Below, in pieces: positions 39,137 through 49,826 of a stretch of DNA of 64,000 nt. The position numbers and the translations under genes were made by a program. This DNA is from Candidatus Omnitrophota bacterium (GTDB lineage Bacteria > Omnitrophota > Gorgyraeia > Tantalellales > Tantalellaceae), in contig JADGBR010000001.1 in the NCBI GenBank assembly GCA_015231405.1, positions 283,964 through 347,963 on the forward strand, read 5' to 3'. The notes under the pieces were generated by a model, which was given only the letters and a program-made list of their open reading frames with translations, was not told the origin of the DNA and did no database searches. Position 1 is the first letter of the stretch; each line of letters starts with the position of its first letter.

Positions 39137-39655
39137 ATGTTGAGTCCCAAGATTGTAAAGGCTATAAACCACCAGATCAACAGGGAATTGTTCTCGGGTT
39201 ATTTATACCTTGGTATGTCTTCCGCCGCGACTTCTCTCGGTTTAATGGGGATCGCTAACTGGTTCTTTGTCCAGATGCAGGAGGAAATGATACATGCGAG
39301 AATGATGTTTGACTATGTTAACCGTCAGGGGGGGAGGCCGCTTCTCGAATCCATAGAAGAGCCTCCTCAGAAATACGCCGACCCTAAGGCTATGTTCAAG
39401 AAAACGCTTGAACACGAAAGAGAGGTAACAAAGCTCATCAATAACATTGTTTCTCTGGCCAGAGTGGAGAATGATCACGCTACGGAGATCTTTTATCAAT
39501 TCTTCGTCACGGAGCAGATCGAGGAAGAGGCTAACCCTCTGGACATACTCAGAAAACTTGAACTTGTCGGGGACGGTAACGGGCTGTTCCTTCTGGATAA
39601 AGAACTTGGCATGAGGGTGTTCACGCTGCCTAGCCAGGCGCAAATTCAACCCTAA
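39137..39655 (+). CDS. Ferritin
   Basis: NHQINRELFSGYLYLGM, QMQEEMIHA, EHEREVT, FVTEQIEEE. Confidence 0.93.
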   Translation: MLSPKIVKAINHQINRELFSGYLYLGMSSAATSLGLMGIANWFFVQMQEEMIHARMMFDYVNRQGGRPLLESIEEPPQKYADPKAMFKKTLEHEREVTKLINNIVSLARVENDHATEIFYQFFVTEQIEEEANPLDILRKLELVGDGNGLFLLDKELGMRVFTLPSQAQIQP

Positions 39656-39664
39656 AGGAGTGAA

Positions 39665-40363
39665 ATGAAAACAAATCCGCTCCAGTTCATTACATACGGG
39701 ATGTACATAGTGTCATCACTGGACGGGGAGAAATATAACGGCCAGATAGCTAACACCCTTATACAGGTAACGAACGACCCTGTTACCATAGCTATTAGCA
39801 TTAATAAAGTAACCTTGACCCATGAGATGATAATGAAAAATAAAAAATTCTCGGTATCGCTCCTTGAACGCGATACACCGCTTAAGATTATCGGGAAATT
39901 CGGATTTAAATCCGGAAGAGCCGAGAACAAATTTACTGGTACCGGTCATCGTGTTCTTTTGAGCGGTTGTCCGGTAGTTACGGATAATTCGCTTTGTTAT
40001 TTCGGGGCCAAGCTGATCAACCGCCTTGATTGCGGATCATATTCGCTTTTCCTGGGAGAGGTCGATGAAATGACGATATTAAAGCAGGGGTTGCCTCTCA
40101 CTTATGAACATTACCATATGGACAAATGCGGTACCACTCCCGATACTGCCCCGACTTTCATACAGGATGAGGGAAAGGAAAATATATGCGTAGACCTTCC
40201 TAAATACCGCTGCACAGTATGCAATTATATTTATAATCCGGCTAAGGGCGATGTTGACGGCGGGATACCTCCCGGTACGGATTTTAATGATATTCCCGAC
40301 AACTGGGTATGCCCTATATGCGGCGTCGGAAAAGACCAATTCGTCAAGGTGGATGAGAAATGA
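39665..40363 (+). CDS. Flavin reductase-rubredoxin fusion (high-molecular-weight rubredoxin type)
   Basis: [17 protein letters not shown]; C-terminal CTVC...WVCPICG. Confidence 0.9.
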   Translation: MKTNPLQFITYGMYIVSSLDGEKYNGQIANTLIQVTNDPVTIAISINKVTLTHEMIMKNKKFSVSLLERDTPLKIIGKFGFKSGRAENKFTGTGHRVLLSGCPVVTDNSLCYFGAKLINRLDCGSYSLFLGEVDEMTILKQGLPLTYEHYHMDKCGTTPDTAPTFIQDEGKENICVDLPKYRCTVCNYIYNPAKGDVDGGIPPGTDFNDIPDNWVCPICGVGKDQFVKVDEK

Positions 40364-41523
40364 ATCCGGTAGAGATCAAGAAAGATATTTATTGGGTCGG
40401 AGGGATCGACTGGGACCTCAGGAATTTCCACGGATATTCGACTGAAAGAGGTTCCACTTATAACGCTTATCTTATTGTTGACGATCATATTACACTTGTT
40501 GATACCGTCAAGCATTATCTGTTCGATGAGATGCTCGAAAGGATATGCAAGGTGATCGATCCGGCGAAGATAAAGTATATCATATCAAACCACGTTGAAA
40601 TGGACCATTCAGGGAGCATCCCATTTTTGCTGGAAAGATGCCCCGGAGCGACCGTCATTACGTCCCCGAACGGTGAAAAGGGGTTGAAGATGCATTACGG
40701 CCCTAATATGCCGCTTAAAGTGGTTAACAACGGGGATGAGCTCAAGATCGGTAAAAGATCGCTCAAGTTCGTTCTCATGCCCATGGTGCACTGGCCGGAT
40801 TCCATGGCGACGTATATTCCGGAGGAGAAGATCCTCCTACCCAACGATGCTTTTGGACAGCATATAGCTTCATCGGAAAGGTTCGATGACGAATTCCCCT
40901 GGGAGATCCTTAAACATGAAGCTGCCAAGTATTACGCGAATATAGTACTACCATACGGGCGGCAGGTCAATAAAGCGCTTGAGGCGGTAAAAGCTATACC
41001 CGTTGATATCATCGGTCCAAGCCACGGATTGATATTACGTTCAAAGATCTCCGATATGATAAAACTCTACGGTGATTGGGCGAATAATGTTACTGCCAGA
41101 AAAGCCATAGTGGTATATGACACCATGTGGAATTCAACGAAAAAGATCGCTTTAGCCATCCATGAGGCCTTCCTGGACTCAGGGATCAACGCGCGTCTAC
41201 TGAACCTGGAAACGAACCATATATCCGACATTATGACCGAAATGCTTTACGCGGAATATATTGCCGTAGGCTCTCCGACCTTGAATAACGGGCTATTGCC
41301 TGCCGTTTCCGCTTTCCTGACTTACATGAAAGGCCTTGCACCGAAGAACAGGAAAGCATTGGCTTTCGGTTCGTACGGATGGGGAGGCCAAAGTGTGGAC
41401 GAGATAGATAAAGTGCTGAACGATTGCGGTTTTCAGATGCTGGATAAGATAAAACTCCAGTATGTTCCTTTAGAAGGTGTTTTGAACGATATGAAAAATA
41501 AGCTCAAGGAGGTACTAAAATGA
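40360..41523 (+). CDS. fprA: Flavodiiron protein (O2/NO reductase)
   Basis: [32 protein letters not shown], flavodoxin domain AFGSYGWGG. Confidence 0.94.
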   Translation: MNPVEIKKDIYWVGGIDWDLRNFHGYSTERGSTYNAYLIVDDHITLVDTVKHYLFDEMLERICKVIDPAKIKYIISNHVEMDHSGSIPFLLERCPGATVITSPNGEKGLKMHYGPNMPLKVVNNGDELKIGKRSLKFVLMPMVHWPDSMATYIPEEKILLPNDAFGQHIASSERFDDEFPWEILKHEAAKYYANIVLPYGRQVNKALEAVKAIPVDIIGPSHGLILRSKISDMIKLYGDWANNVTARKAIVVYDTMWNSTKKIALAIHEAFLDSGINARLLNLETNHISDIMTEMLYAEYIAVGSPTLNNGLLPAVSAFLTYMKGLAPKNRKALAFGSYGWGGQSVDEIDKVLNDCGFQMLDKIKLQYVPLEGVLNDMKNKLKEVLK

Positions 41524-41897
41524 CAGCGATAAGAGATATATATAAGTGCTCTATATGCGGCAATGTGGCCGAGATAGTGCAGGAAGCCGGCGGAGCCCTT
41601 GTATGCTGTAATAAACCGATGGAAAAATTTCAGGCGAAGACAAGCGACCAGGGCCAGGAGAAACATGTTCCTGTCATAGAGGAAACGCCGAACGGTATTA
41701 AGATCAAGGTCGGTAGCGTGGAGCACCCGATGGAAGAGAAACATTATATTAAATTCATAGAGATCATAACGGCCAATAAAGTTATAAGGTATGAACTCAA
41801 ACCGGGTAATAAACCTGAGATAGAATCGTGCGCGAAAAAGAAGGACCTTGTCGAAGTCAGGGAATATTGCACTTTGCATAATCTTTGGAAAGCTTGA
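41520..41897 (+). CDS. dfx: Desulfoferrodoxin (2Fe superoxide reductase)
   Basis: YKCSICGN...[28 protein letters not shown]. Confidence 0.94.
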   Translation: MTAIRDIYKCSICGNVAEIVQEAGGALVCCNKPMEKFQAKTSDQGQEKHVPVIEETPNGIKIKVGSVEHPMEEKHYIKFIEIITANKVIRYELKPGNKPEIESCAKKKDLVEVREYCTLHNLWKA

Positions 41898-41932
41898 ATT
41901 ACCGAATGCGAACAATAAAAGGAGGGATCTTA

Positions 41933-42508
41933 ATGGCCAGTATCAAGGGAACAAAGACCGAGAAGAACCTGTTGGCTTCATTCGCCGGGGAATCCCAGGC
42001 GAGGAACCGTTATACTTATTTCGCGAGCGTAGCTAAGAATGAGGGGTATAAGCAGATCGAGGCGATATTCCTTGAGACCGCCGAGAACGAAAAAGAGCAC
42101 GCGAAGAAATATTTCAAATTCCTTGAAGGCGGAATGGTCGAGATAACGGCTTCTTATCCTGCGGGCGTCATAGGGAAGACAATTGATAACCTCCTCGCCG
42201 CTGCGGATGGGGAACATGAGGAATTTGAAATACTTTATCCCGGGGCCGCTAAGATCGCAGATTCGGAAGGTTTTCCTGAGATAGCTAAAATTTTCCGTGA
42301 AATAGCTTCCGTAGAAAAAGAACATGAGAAAAGGTACAGGAAACTCGCTGAGAACATAAGATCCGGGAAAGTGTTCAAAAAGGACAAACCCGTGAGCTGG
42401 AAATGCATAAACTGTGGTTATATACATGAGGGAAATGACGCCCCGGACAAATGCCCGGCCTGCGCCCATCCCCAGGCATATTTCGAGGTCAAAGAGGAGA
42501 ATTATTAA
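41933..42508 (+). CDS. rbr: Rubrerythrin
   Basis: [39 protein letters not shown]...CPACAHP. GGAGG SD. Confidence 0.95.
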   Translation: MASIKGTKTEKNLLASFAGESQARNRYTYFASVAKNEGYKQIEAIFLETAENEKEHAKKYFKFLEGGMVEITASYPAGVIGKTIDNLLAAADGEHEEFEILYPGAAKIADSEGFPEIAKIFREIASVEKEHEKRYRKLAENIRSGKVFKKDKPVSWKCINCGYIHEGNDAPDKCPACAHPQAYFEVKEENY

Positions 42509-42510
42509 TT

Positions 42511-42744
42511 ATGAGTAAAGTTACCGTATATTCGACGAAAACGTGTTCTTATTGCGTGCGTCTTAAACAGTACCTTAGCGATAATAAGATCTCATACGAG
42601 AATATCGATATTACATCTGATCCGGCCAAGGTCAAAGAAATGGTCGATAAGTCGGGACAGATGGGAGTTCCCGTCGTGGATATTGACGGTGCGATAGTCG
42701 TCGGTTTTGACAAACCGCAGATATCTAAACTTCTCGGCATATGA
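42511..42744 (+). CDS. Glutaredoxin-like (NrdH/YruB) protein
   Basis: YSTKTCSYC, SGQMGVPV, VVGFD. Confidence 0.9.
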   Translation: MSKVTVYSTKTCSYCVRLKQYLSDNKISYENIDITSDPAKVKEMVDKSGQMGVPVVDIDGAIVVGFDKPQISKLLGI

Positions 42745-43658
42745 GAGACGACCGAAAGGTATATGATCTTCTAATCATCGGCGCGGGGCCCGCGGGTATA
42801 ACCGCGGGCATCTACGCCGCCAGGAAGAAAATGGAAATTCTTGTTATCGCCGGCGAAATAGGCGGTCAGACCGCCTGGAGCGGGGATATCGAGAATTACG
42901 TGGGTTATCAGTTCATAACGGGCCTCGAACTTACGGATAAATTCCAGGAGCACATGCGTAAATACGGCATCAACGTGCTCGAAAATACGTATATTAGTGA
43001 GATCCGCAAGGAAAACAACATCGTAAAAATTAATGCCGGAGAATTTTCTTTTTCGGCAAAGACCGCTATCCTCGCTACAGGTAAAAGGTCCAGGCCTCTC
43101 AATGTCCCCGGCGAAGTTGAGTTCCGCAATAAAGGAGTAGCTTACTGCGCTACATGCGATGCTCCTATATTCGCCGGCAAGGACGTAGCCGTGATAGGAG
43201 GCGGCAACTCTGCCCTAGAGGCTGCGCTGCAGCTCATTAAGATCGCCAATAAGATTTACATTATTAACTTGGGACCTGATCTCCACGGTGATGAGATAAT
43301 TCGGGAAAAGGTAGTAGCGGCTAAAAATGTCGTCATAATGAACGAGACAAAGGTCAAAGAGATAAAAGGGGGAAAGCTTGTCGATTCAATTGTCGTTGAG
43401 AATGGCTCGGATAGCGCTCGGTTGTCCGTTCAAGGAGTTTTCGTGGAGATCGGCCTCATACCCAATACTGAGTTTAAAAGCGATATAGTGAAGAACGAAC
43501 AAGGCGAGATAATTATAACGAGATACAACGAAACAAATATCACGGGGATATTCGCCGCCGGGGATGTGACTGATACCCCTGAAAAACAGATCATAATCGC
43601 GGCAGGGGAAGGCGCCAAAGCCGCTCTTTCCGCTTTTAAATACCTTGCCAGGCAATGA
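42741..43658 (+). CDS. trxB: Thioredoxin reductase family FAD oxidoreductase
   Basis: IGAGPAG, YCATCD, IGGGNSA, FAAGDVT. Confidence 0.88.
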   Translation: MRDDRKVYDLLIIGAGPAGITAGIYAARKKMEILVIAGEIGGQTAWSGDIENYVGYQFITGLELTDKFQEHMRKYGINVLENTYISEIRKENNIVKINAGEFSFSAKTAILATGKRSRPLNVPGEVEFRNKGVAYCATCDAPIFAGKDVAVIGGGNSALEAALQLIKIANKIYIINLGPDLHGDEIIREKVVAAKNVVIMNETKVKEIKGGKLVDSIVVENGSDSARLSVQGVFVEIGLIPNTEFKSDIVKNEQGEIIITRYNETNITGIFAAGDVTDTPEKQIIIAAGEGAKAALSAFKYLARQ

Positions 43659-44293
43659 ACATCATAACACTTCTCCATAAGGATTACGAGATTAAGAAGA
43701 AAGAGATCCGTGAACGGTTAGACGATTTTTCTGCCGTATGGGATGAAAGCGAGGAGCGGGTATTCAGCGAGCTGTGTTTTTGTATATGCACCCCTCAATC
43801 TAAGGCGGTTTATTGCGATAAGGCCGTACGGAGCCTGGTTCTAAGCGGCGTTCTTTTCAAAGGCCGCGAGAAAGATATCCGTGATAACCTGAAGGCGGTA
43901 AGATTTCCTAATAATAAAGCCGGCTATATCTACAGGGCAAGGCTTCTTTTTACGGATAACGGTAGTTTGAGCGTAAAAAAACATATAGATCCGGCCGATA
44001 TCCCTGGAACAAGGACGTGGTTATTTAAGAACGTGAAAGGTCTCGGGATGAAGGAAGCGAGCCATTTTCTCAGGAATATCGGTTTTGGAAAAGAAATCGC
44101 AATAGTCGACGTACATATACTCCGGAAAATGCTTTATTACGGACTTTTAAAGGAGATCCCTAAAACCATTTCAGCGAAGGTATATGTCGAGCTTGAGGAT
44201 TCCATAAAGGGTTTTTCCTCTAAAACCGGAATAAGGATGGATGAACTGGACCTTTTGTTCTGGTCACAGGCTACGGGGCATATTTTTAAATAA
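43655..44293 (+). CDS. ogg: 8-oxoguanine DNA glycosylase/AP lyase (Ogg2 type)
   Basis: ELCFCI, VRFPNNKA, HhH VKGLGMKEASHFLRNIG, DVHI, C-terminal LDLLFW...IFK. Confidence 0.88.
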   Translation: MNIITLLHKDYEIKKKEIRERLDDFSAVWDESEERVFSELCFCICTPQSKAVYCDKAVRSLVLSGVLFKGREKDIRDNLKAVRFPNNKAGYIYRARLLFTDNGSLSVKKHIDPADIPGTRTWLFKNVKGLGMKEASHFLRNIGFGKEIAIVDVHILRKMLYYGLLKEIPKTISAKVYVELEDSIKGFSSKTGIRMDELDLLFWSQATGHIFK

Positions 44294-44294
44294 T

Positions 44295-45350
44295 ATGGAT
44301 ATGATCATCGGGATAGCTAAGGAATCGGTCCGTCTCTTCAACGAGATGTCCCCGTACCTTTTATTCGGCTTTTTATTCTCCGGGATATTGCACGCGGTTG
44401 TGGATCCCAGGCAGATAGCGGTCCATCTCGGCAAGAACGATATCTCTTCGGTACTTAAAGCCTCTCTTTTAGGCGTTCCGCTTCCTTTGTGCTCATGCGG
44501 AGTTATCCCGGCCGCGATGATGCTGAAAAAAGAAGGCGCGGCCAAGGCGGCGGTACTTTCGTTCCTTGTGTCGACTCCTACTAACGGAGTAGACGCCATA
44601 ATGGTGACGTATTCGCTCCTCGGTCCATTTTTCACCGTTTATAGGGTAATAGCGTCATTCTTTGCCGGTATTTTTACGGGATGTTTGTCTCTCATCGCCG
44701 ACAGGGATCAAAGCGGCGATAAAAACGATCCGAAGGGGGACAATTGCGTCCATTGTTCCGGTAAAATGGATCACAAGCATACCGCTATCGATAAATTCAG
44801 GTCTGCGATGGAATACGGATTTGTGGAGCTTGTGGGTGACGTCGGAAGATGGCTCATCGCAGGAGTTATCGTCGGCGGGGCGATATCATATTTCTTGCCC
44901 GATAATTATTTTTCGGGAGGTTTTTTATCAGGATGGAAAGGGATGATACTGGCTCTTTTAATAAGCGCTCCCATGTACGTATGCGCTTCCGGGTCGACAC
45001 CGATCGCGGCAGCTTTGATGTATAAGGGGCTCGATCCCGGAGCCGCTTTTGTCTTTCTACTTGCCGGGCCTGCCACGAACGCCGTCACTATGACGGTCAT
45101 AATGCGCTCTATGGGTAAAAGAACTCTTGCGATATACCTGTCCGGGATCGCTTTTGTCAGTATGCTCCTTGGCGCGATCCTTAACGTCGTCTGGAAGTAC
45201 TACGACAAAGGTAATGGCGGTATCGCCGCCGGGCATGAGCATGGTTCCGTAGGCATGCTAGGCATGGTATGTTCGATAGTTCTCACCGGTCTTATCGTTC
45301 GTTCATTTTTTCTGCCTAAGAAAAGACATGAGGGAGCGTCCCGTGTATAA
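44295..45350 (+). CDS. DUF318/ArsP-type permease (SO_0444-like metal efflux)
   Basis: PYLLFG, PLPLCSCGVIP, PMYVCASGSTPIAA, FLLAGPATN; His/Cys loop. Confidence 0.85.
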   Translation: MDMIIGIAKESVRLFNEMSPYLLFGFLFSGILHAVVDPRQIAVHLGKNDISSVLKASLLGVPLPLCSCGVIPAAMMLKKEGAAKAAVLSFLVSTPTNGVDAIMVTYSLLGPFFTVYRVIASFFAGIFTGCLSLIADRDQSGDKNDPKGDNCVHCSGKMDHKHTAIDKFRSAMEYGFVELVGDVGRWLIAGVIVGGAISYFLPDNYFSGGFLSGWKGMILALLISAPMYVCASGSTPIAAALMYKGLDPGAAFVFLLAGPATNAVTMTVIMRSMGKRTLAIYLSGIAFVSMLLGAILNVVWKYYDKGNGGIAAGHEHGSVGMLGMVCSIVLTGLIVRSFFLPKKRHEGASRV

Positions 45351-46122
45351 AAATCAGAAAGTTCCTGTCCGGGTCCTTAACAAACTTTTTACCTGGAAAT
45401 TTTATTTCGCTATAGCGCTCATCCTTGTATCAGCCTCATTGTATTTCGTTCACTTCTTGATATTCCGTGATAAATACCATATTTTTTATTACCTGCTGAG
45501 CGATATAGCCTTTTTACCTGTCGAAGTGCTTATAGTTTCATTTATTTTACATAAGCTTCTTCAGGTTAGAGAAAGAAAGGCAATGCTAAACAAATTGAAT
45601 ATGGTGATCGGGACTTTCTTTTCTGAGGTAGGCACGGACCTTTTAAGGTCAATTTCATGCGTTTATGACCCCCGCGTCAACGAGCTCAGAAGACATCTTA
45701 AAGTTTTGAAGACTGAAACCGACAAATATTATAATATCGTGAGAACGAGGATAAGGACATATGATCACAATGTCGACGTTTCGAAAGGGAAACTGGACGA
45801 CCTTAAGAGCTTTCTGATATCAAAGCGTGAGTTCCTTCTCAGGCTTCTCGAAAACCCTAATTTACTCGAACATGACGGATTCACCGATCTTTTGTGGGCT
45901 GTATTCCATCTCACGGATGAACTCGCGATGAGAAAACGTTTTTCCGAACTGCCCCAGACCGATCTTATCCATTTATCCGGTGACATTAAAAGGGTTTATG
46001 GTCATCTTACGCTCGAGTGGCTGGATTATATGCATCATCTCAAAAGGTCTTATCCTTATATATACTCCCTGGCGATCAGGACGAATCCATTTGACATCGA
46101 CGCTTCGCCGGTAGTATCGTAA
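45343..46122 (+). CDS. Conserved hypothetical membrane protein
   Basis: Two N-terminal TMs, then a soluble domain (LLENPNLLEHD...LLWAVFHL). Start uncertain (45328 or 45343). Confidence 0.7.
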   Translation: MYKNQKVPVRVLNKLFTWKFYFAIALILVSASLYFVHFLIFRDKYHIFYYLLSDIAFLPVEVLIVSFILHKLLQVRERKAMLNKLNMVIGTFFSEVGTDLLRSISCVYDPRVNELRRHLKVLKTETDKYYNIVRTRIRTYDHNVDVSKGKLDDLKSFLISKREFLLRLLENPNLLEHDGFTDLLWAVFHLTDELAMRKRFSELPQTDLIHLSGDIKRVYGHLTLEWLDYMHHLKRSYPYIYSLAIRTNPFDIDASPVVS

Positions 46123-46149
46123 TAAAATAGCGGGAAGAATGGTGGAAAT

Positions 46150-47634
46150 ATGGGAAAGAATAAGGATCTCTGTTTGAAGTGCTTTCTATCCTGGGGCTCT
46201 CTTGTGACAGCTATTTTCTTTGCTGTTCAGATATCCGCGGCCAAAGAGGCCGATCTCTTAGGGGCCTGGTACTCATCCTCCTCTATAGCGCTCGGGAAGG
46301 AGCTCAAAGGGTATCTCGCGGCCGCGGAACCGGAGAATATCGAAGGTAATGGAATAGGTTATATCGCCCCTCACGCCGGGTTTAGATACTCCGGCCCCAT
46401 AGCGGCTTATACTTATAAATCAGCAGCCAAGCAAAAACCCGATACGGTTATAATTGTCGGTTTTTCACATAGGAAAAGGTTCGATGGCGTCGCCGTCTTT
46501 ACGGAAAATGAATACACAACTCCGCTCGGTACCGTCATTAACGATCAGGAACTGGCCCAAAAACTCATATCCATGAATAAAGGGTTAAGGGATTATCCGC
46601 TGGCATTTTCTGACGAAAATTCCATAGAGATGCAGATACCGTTCGTCCAAACCGCTCTGGCTGGAGCGAAGGTGGTACTTTTATGCTTTGGACAGCAGAA
46701 TTACAAAGCCAGTGAGGACTTGGCAGAGGCTCTTTACCTGGCGCTTAAGGATCGAAAGGGGTATGTAATGATCGCAAGCACCGATATGAGCCATTATTTA
46801 CCTTATGATGCCGCTAAAACCAAGGATGCCGATACGATAACCGCTGTCAACCTTTTTGACCCGGAACAATTCTTTGCGATGTGCGTCGAGAATAATTATG
46901 ATCCCGTATGCGGACCCGGACCGGTCTCGGCGGTTATGAGCGCTTCAAAAAAACTCGGGGCGGATAAGGTGAGAATACTTTCGGCTGCTAATTCCGGCGA
47001 TACATCCGGAAAAAAGGAGAGTGTTGTGGGCTATTCGAGCGCAGTGTTTTATAAGGAGGGGCAAATGAAAGAAGGAACCGGGATCAATGACGCTGAAAAG
47101 AAAGAGCTTCTCTCTATAGCACGTAATTCGATACAACATTATCTCGATACGGGCGAGTTACTTAAAGTCGAAACTAAAGACGAGAAATTGAAGCAGAATA
47201 TGGGGGCCTTCGTTACGCTTAAAAAAAAGGGGGCTCTTAGAGGCTGCATCGGCCATATGACCGCCGAAGAACCTTTATTTCTTACCGTACGGGATATGGC
47301 TTTTTCAGCCGCTTTTCAGGACCCGAGATTCTCACCGCTTTCTTTAAAGGAATTTAAAGATATCGACATAGAGATATCCGTCCTGACGCCTATGGTGAAA
47401 ATAGACGATCCGTATAAGATCCTCTTGGGTAAGCATGGCGTTGTTGTTAAGAAAGGTTCGAGAAGCGGAGTATTTCTGCCTCAAGTTGCTACTGAAACCG
47501 GGTGGGATCTGGAAGAATTCATGGGCACTTTATGCACCCAGAAGGCCGGATTACCCGCTAACGCCTGGAATCGAGGCGGCTGCGACATCTACGTGTTTAC
47601 CGCGATAATATTCGGGGAGAAGGGAAATGAGTAG
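46150..47634 (+). CDS. AmmeMemoRadiSam protein B (MEMO1) - protein A (AMMECR1) fusion
   Basis: MEMO motifs APHAGFRYSG, ENSIEMQIPF, ASTDMSHY, CGPGP, VVGY; AMMECR1 motifs FVTL, LRGCIG, DPRF, EISVL, FLPQV. Confidence 0.92.
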   Translation: MGKNKDLCLKCFLSWGSLVTAIFFAVQISAAKEADLLGAWYSSSSIALGKELKGYLAAAEPENIEGNGIGYIAPHAGFRYSGPIAAYTYKSAAKQKPDTVIIVGFSHRKRFDGVAVFTENEYTTPLGTVINDQELAQKLISMNKGLRDYPLAFSDENSIEMQIPFVQTALAGAKVVLLCFGQQNYKASEDLAEALYLALKDRKGYVMIASTDMSHYLPYDAAKTKDADTITAVNLFDPEQFFAMCVENNYDPVCGPGPVSAVMSASKKLGADKVRILSAANSGDTSGKKESVVGYSSAVFYKEGQMKEGTGINDAEKKELLSIARNSIQHYLDTGELLKVETKDEKLKQNMGAFVTLKKKGALRGCIGHMTAEEPLFLTVRDMAFSAAFQDPRFSPLSLKEFKDIDIEISVLTPMVKIDDPYKILLGKHGVVVKKGSRSGVFLPQVATETGWDLEEFMGTLCTQKAGLPANAWNRGGCDIYVFTAIIFGEKGNE

Positions 47635-48367
47635 ATATTATGTTCCGCCGGAGAGCGTGGACATGGAAAATTTCAGGGCGTTCATTGATAAAGACGAAGC
47701 CCATCACATAATCGATGTGATGCGGATGAAAGCTAACGATGCAATAGTCGTTTTCGACGGCATCGGTAAGGAATACTCGGGGACCATAGAGCGAATAGAC
47801 ACTAAAAAGGGAACACTAACGGTAAAAATAACGAAGATGTCAGAAGTTGAAAACCTAAGAGCTCCGGAGATTTATATCGCGCAGGCTATCCCTAAAAAGA
47901 GTAAATTCGACGATATAGTGGAGAAAGCCACCGAACTCGGCGCGAGTGGAATATTCCCCGTAATAACCGAAAGGACTATAGTACGGCCTGGAAATTCAAG
48001 TGGAAGAACGCTTGAACGCTGGCGTAAAATAGCTTTGGAAGCGGCTAAACAGTCCGGACGCCTGAATATACCAGAGATATACGACGTGACCCCATTAAGG
48101 GATCTTGCCTCCGATCTAAGCGGCTTTGACCTTATTCTGTTCGCATGGCTTTCTGATGGGACCGTACCCCTGAAAGAAGCGCTGAAGCATCAGTCACCCG
48201 GGAAAGTACTTTTGATGATAGGCCCTGAAGGCGATTTTACGGATCAGGAGGCCTTGATGTTCAAAAAGCCGGAGTGCAGGTATATTTCTCTCGGACGGAA
48301 CGTTCTTAAGACCGATACCGCTGCATTTTATCTTTTATCTTCCGTAAAATATGAGCTTTTAAGTTAA
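47627..48367 (+). CDS. rsmE: 16S rRNA m3U1498 methyltransferase
   Basis: HHIIDVMR, EKATELG, EAAKQSGR, IGPEGDF, SLGRNVLKTDTA. Confidence 0.93.
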   Translation: MSRYYVPPESVDMENFRAFIDKDEAHHIIDVMRMKANDAIVVFDGIGKEYSGTIERIDTKKGTLTVKITKMSEVENLRAPEIYIAQAIPKKSKFDDIVEKATELGASGIFPVITERTIVRPGNSSGRTLERWRKIALEAAKQSGRLNIPEIYDVTPLRDLASDLSGFDLILFAWLSDGTVPLKEALKHQSPGKVLLMIGPEGDFTDQEALMFKKPECRYISLGRNVLKTDTAAFYLLSSVKYELLS

Positions 48368-49662
48368 TGGCAGCGAAATTTTCCATAAAAACCTTCGGGT
48401 GCAAAGTTAACCAGTATGAATCCCAGCTGATCTTCGATAATCTCAAAGGTTTCGGGTTTACTCCGGATGAGCACTCATCGGCCGATGTAGTCATTGTCAA
48501 TACCTGTACTGTCACCAGGACCGCCGACGGTAAGTGCAGGCAGATCATAAGAAAGATCAAGAAAGATAACCCTCGCGCCAAGATCATAGTTACCGGCTGC
48601 AAGGCCGTTACGCCCGGAGATATTGAGATCCTGGGTAGTATGGAAGAAGTTTTTCAAGTCGTCCATAATAACAGGAAGAACGATATTCCGTTAATCGTTT
48701 CGGGCCTCGTCGAGACTCATCCTGTAAGCTCATCGCTGATAAGTGAAATATCGGGATTTGAGGAGCATGCCAGGGCTTTTGTCAAGATACAGGACGGTTG
48801 CGACGGAGCTTGCGCGTATTGCAAGGTGAGACTTGTCAGGGGCGAGCCGTGGAGCAGGGACACTACCGAGATAATCCATGAGATCGAGAACCTTATAGTT
48901 AAAGGGCATAAGGAGATCGTTATTACCGGTATCTGCATAGGGTTATGGCGTGACAGTAACGGCCACGGACTTCCGCGGCTTTTCAGCGATCTGGACAAGA
49001 TAAAAGGGGATACAAGGTTCAGACTGAGTTCTATAGAACCGAACCATATGACCGATGAGTTGATCGATGCCGTTTCATCTTCAAAAAATATATGCCACCA
49101 TTTTCACATACCGATGCAAAGCGGGTCCGACAGGGTACTCAGGAACATGAAAAGACGATATGACTCGGAGCGGTTCATGCGGTTGATCGGCAAAGTAAGA
49201 GATAAAATGCCCGCCGCCGGTATCACTACCGATATAATTTGCGGGTTCCCAGGTGAAACCGCCGATGATCACTTCGCTACCAAAGAGTTTTTGCGCCTCA
49301 TTGCGCCGTCAAGGCTTCATGTTTTCGCTTATAGCGACAGGGAAGGCACTATAGCGCAAAAGATGCAGGAAAAGGTTATCGATAGCGAGATCAAAAAAAG
49401 GTCCGTGGAACTAATAAGTTTAGGCGATGGTTTCGAAAAATCTTTCGCTAAAAGATCTGTCGGAAAAAAAATTGAAGTACTGGTAGAGGAAAAGTTCAGT
49501 AAAGACCTTCTATCCGGTTATTCAAGGGAATATGCCAGAGTCATCCTGGAAGGTTTTCAAACCGATCGTGGAAATTTTGTAACGATAACTCCCGAGGGAA
49601 TGTTCAGGGATACAAAATGTCTTTTTTCTTCTAAAGCGCAGAACTACCATTCCCATAGATAG
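48367..49662 (+). CDS. mtaB: tRNA t6A37 methylthiotransferase
   Basis: TFGCKVNQYES, NTCTVT, KIQDGCDGACAYC, RLSSIEP. Confidence 0.92.
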   Translation: MAAKFSIKTFGCKVNQYESQLIFDNLKGFGFTPDEHSSADVVIVNTCTVTRTADGKCRQIIRKIKKDNPRAKIIVTGCKAVTPGDIEILGSMEEVFQVVHNNRKNDIPLIVSGLVETHPVSSSLISEISGFEEHARAFVKIQDGCDGACAYCKVRLVRGEPWSRDTTEIIHEIENLIVKGHKEIVITGICIGLWRDSNGHGLPRLFSDLDKIKGDTRFRLSSIEPNHMTDELIDAVSSSKNICHHFHIPMQSGSDRVLRNMKRRYDSERFMRLIGKVRDKMPAAGITTDIICGFPGETADDHFATKEFLRLIAPSRLHVFAYSDREGTIAQKMQEKVIDSEIKKRSVELISLGDGFEKSFAKRSVGKKIEVLVEEKFSKDLLSGYSREYARVILEGFQTDRGNFVTITPEGMFRDTKCLFSSKAQNYHSHR

Positions 49663-49761
49663 TATGCCTCATAATTACTGTTAGTTAAATAACAATTCAT
49701 ATACAAAACGCGTAAAAATTAGTATAATAAATAGCGATATAGGGTTTAATTTTTGTGGAAT

Positions 49762-49790
49762 TTGACAGCATTTTTTTTGTGTGTTATACT
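49762..49790 (+). promoter_or_regulatory. Near-consensus sigma70 promoter of the cvpA-dnaG-rpoD operon
   Basis: TTGACA-17 bp-TATACT with TG extension. A second candidate TTGACT-16 bp-TAAATT follows at 49791-49818. Confidence 0.75.
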
Positions 49791-49826
49791 TTGACTTTCT
49801 CGGAAAATAGGGTAAATTTTCTATAA

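Noticed and set aside
35250-46150. Redox operon as a genomic island integrated at tRNA-Ala
   Set aside because: I found no duplicate of the tRNA 3' end and no integrase. Adjacency alone is insufficient.
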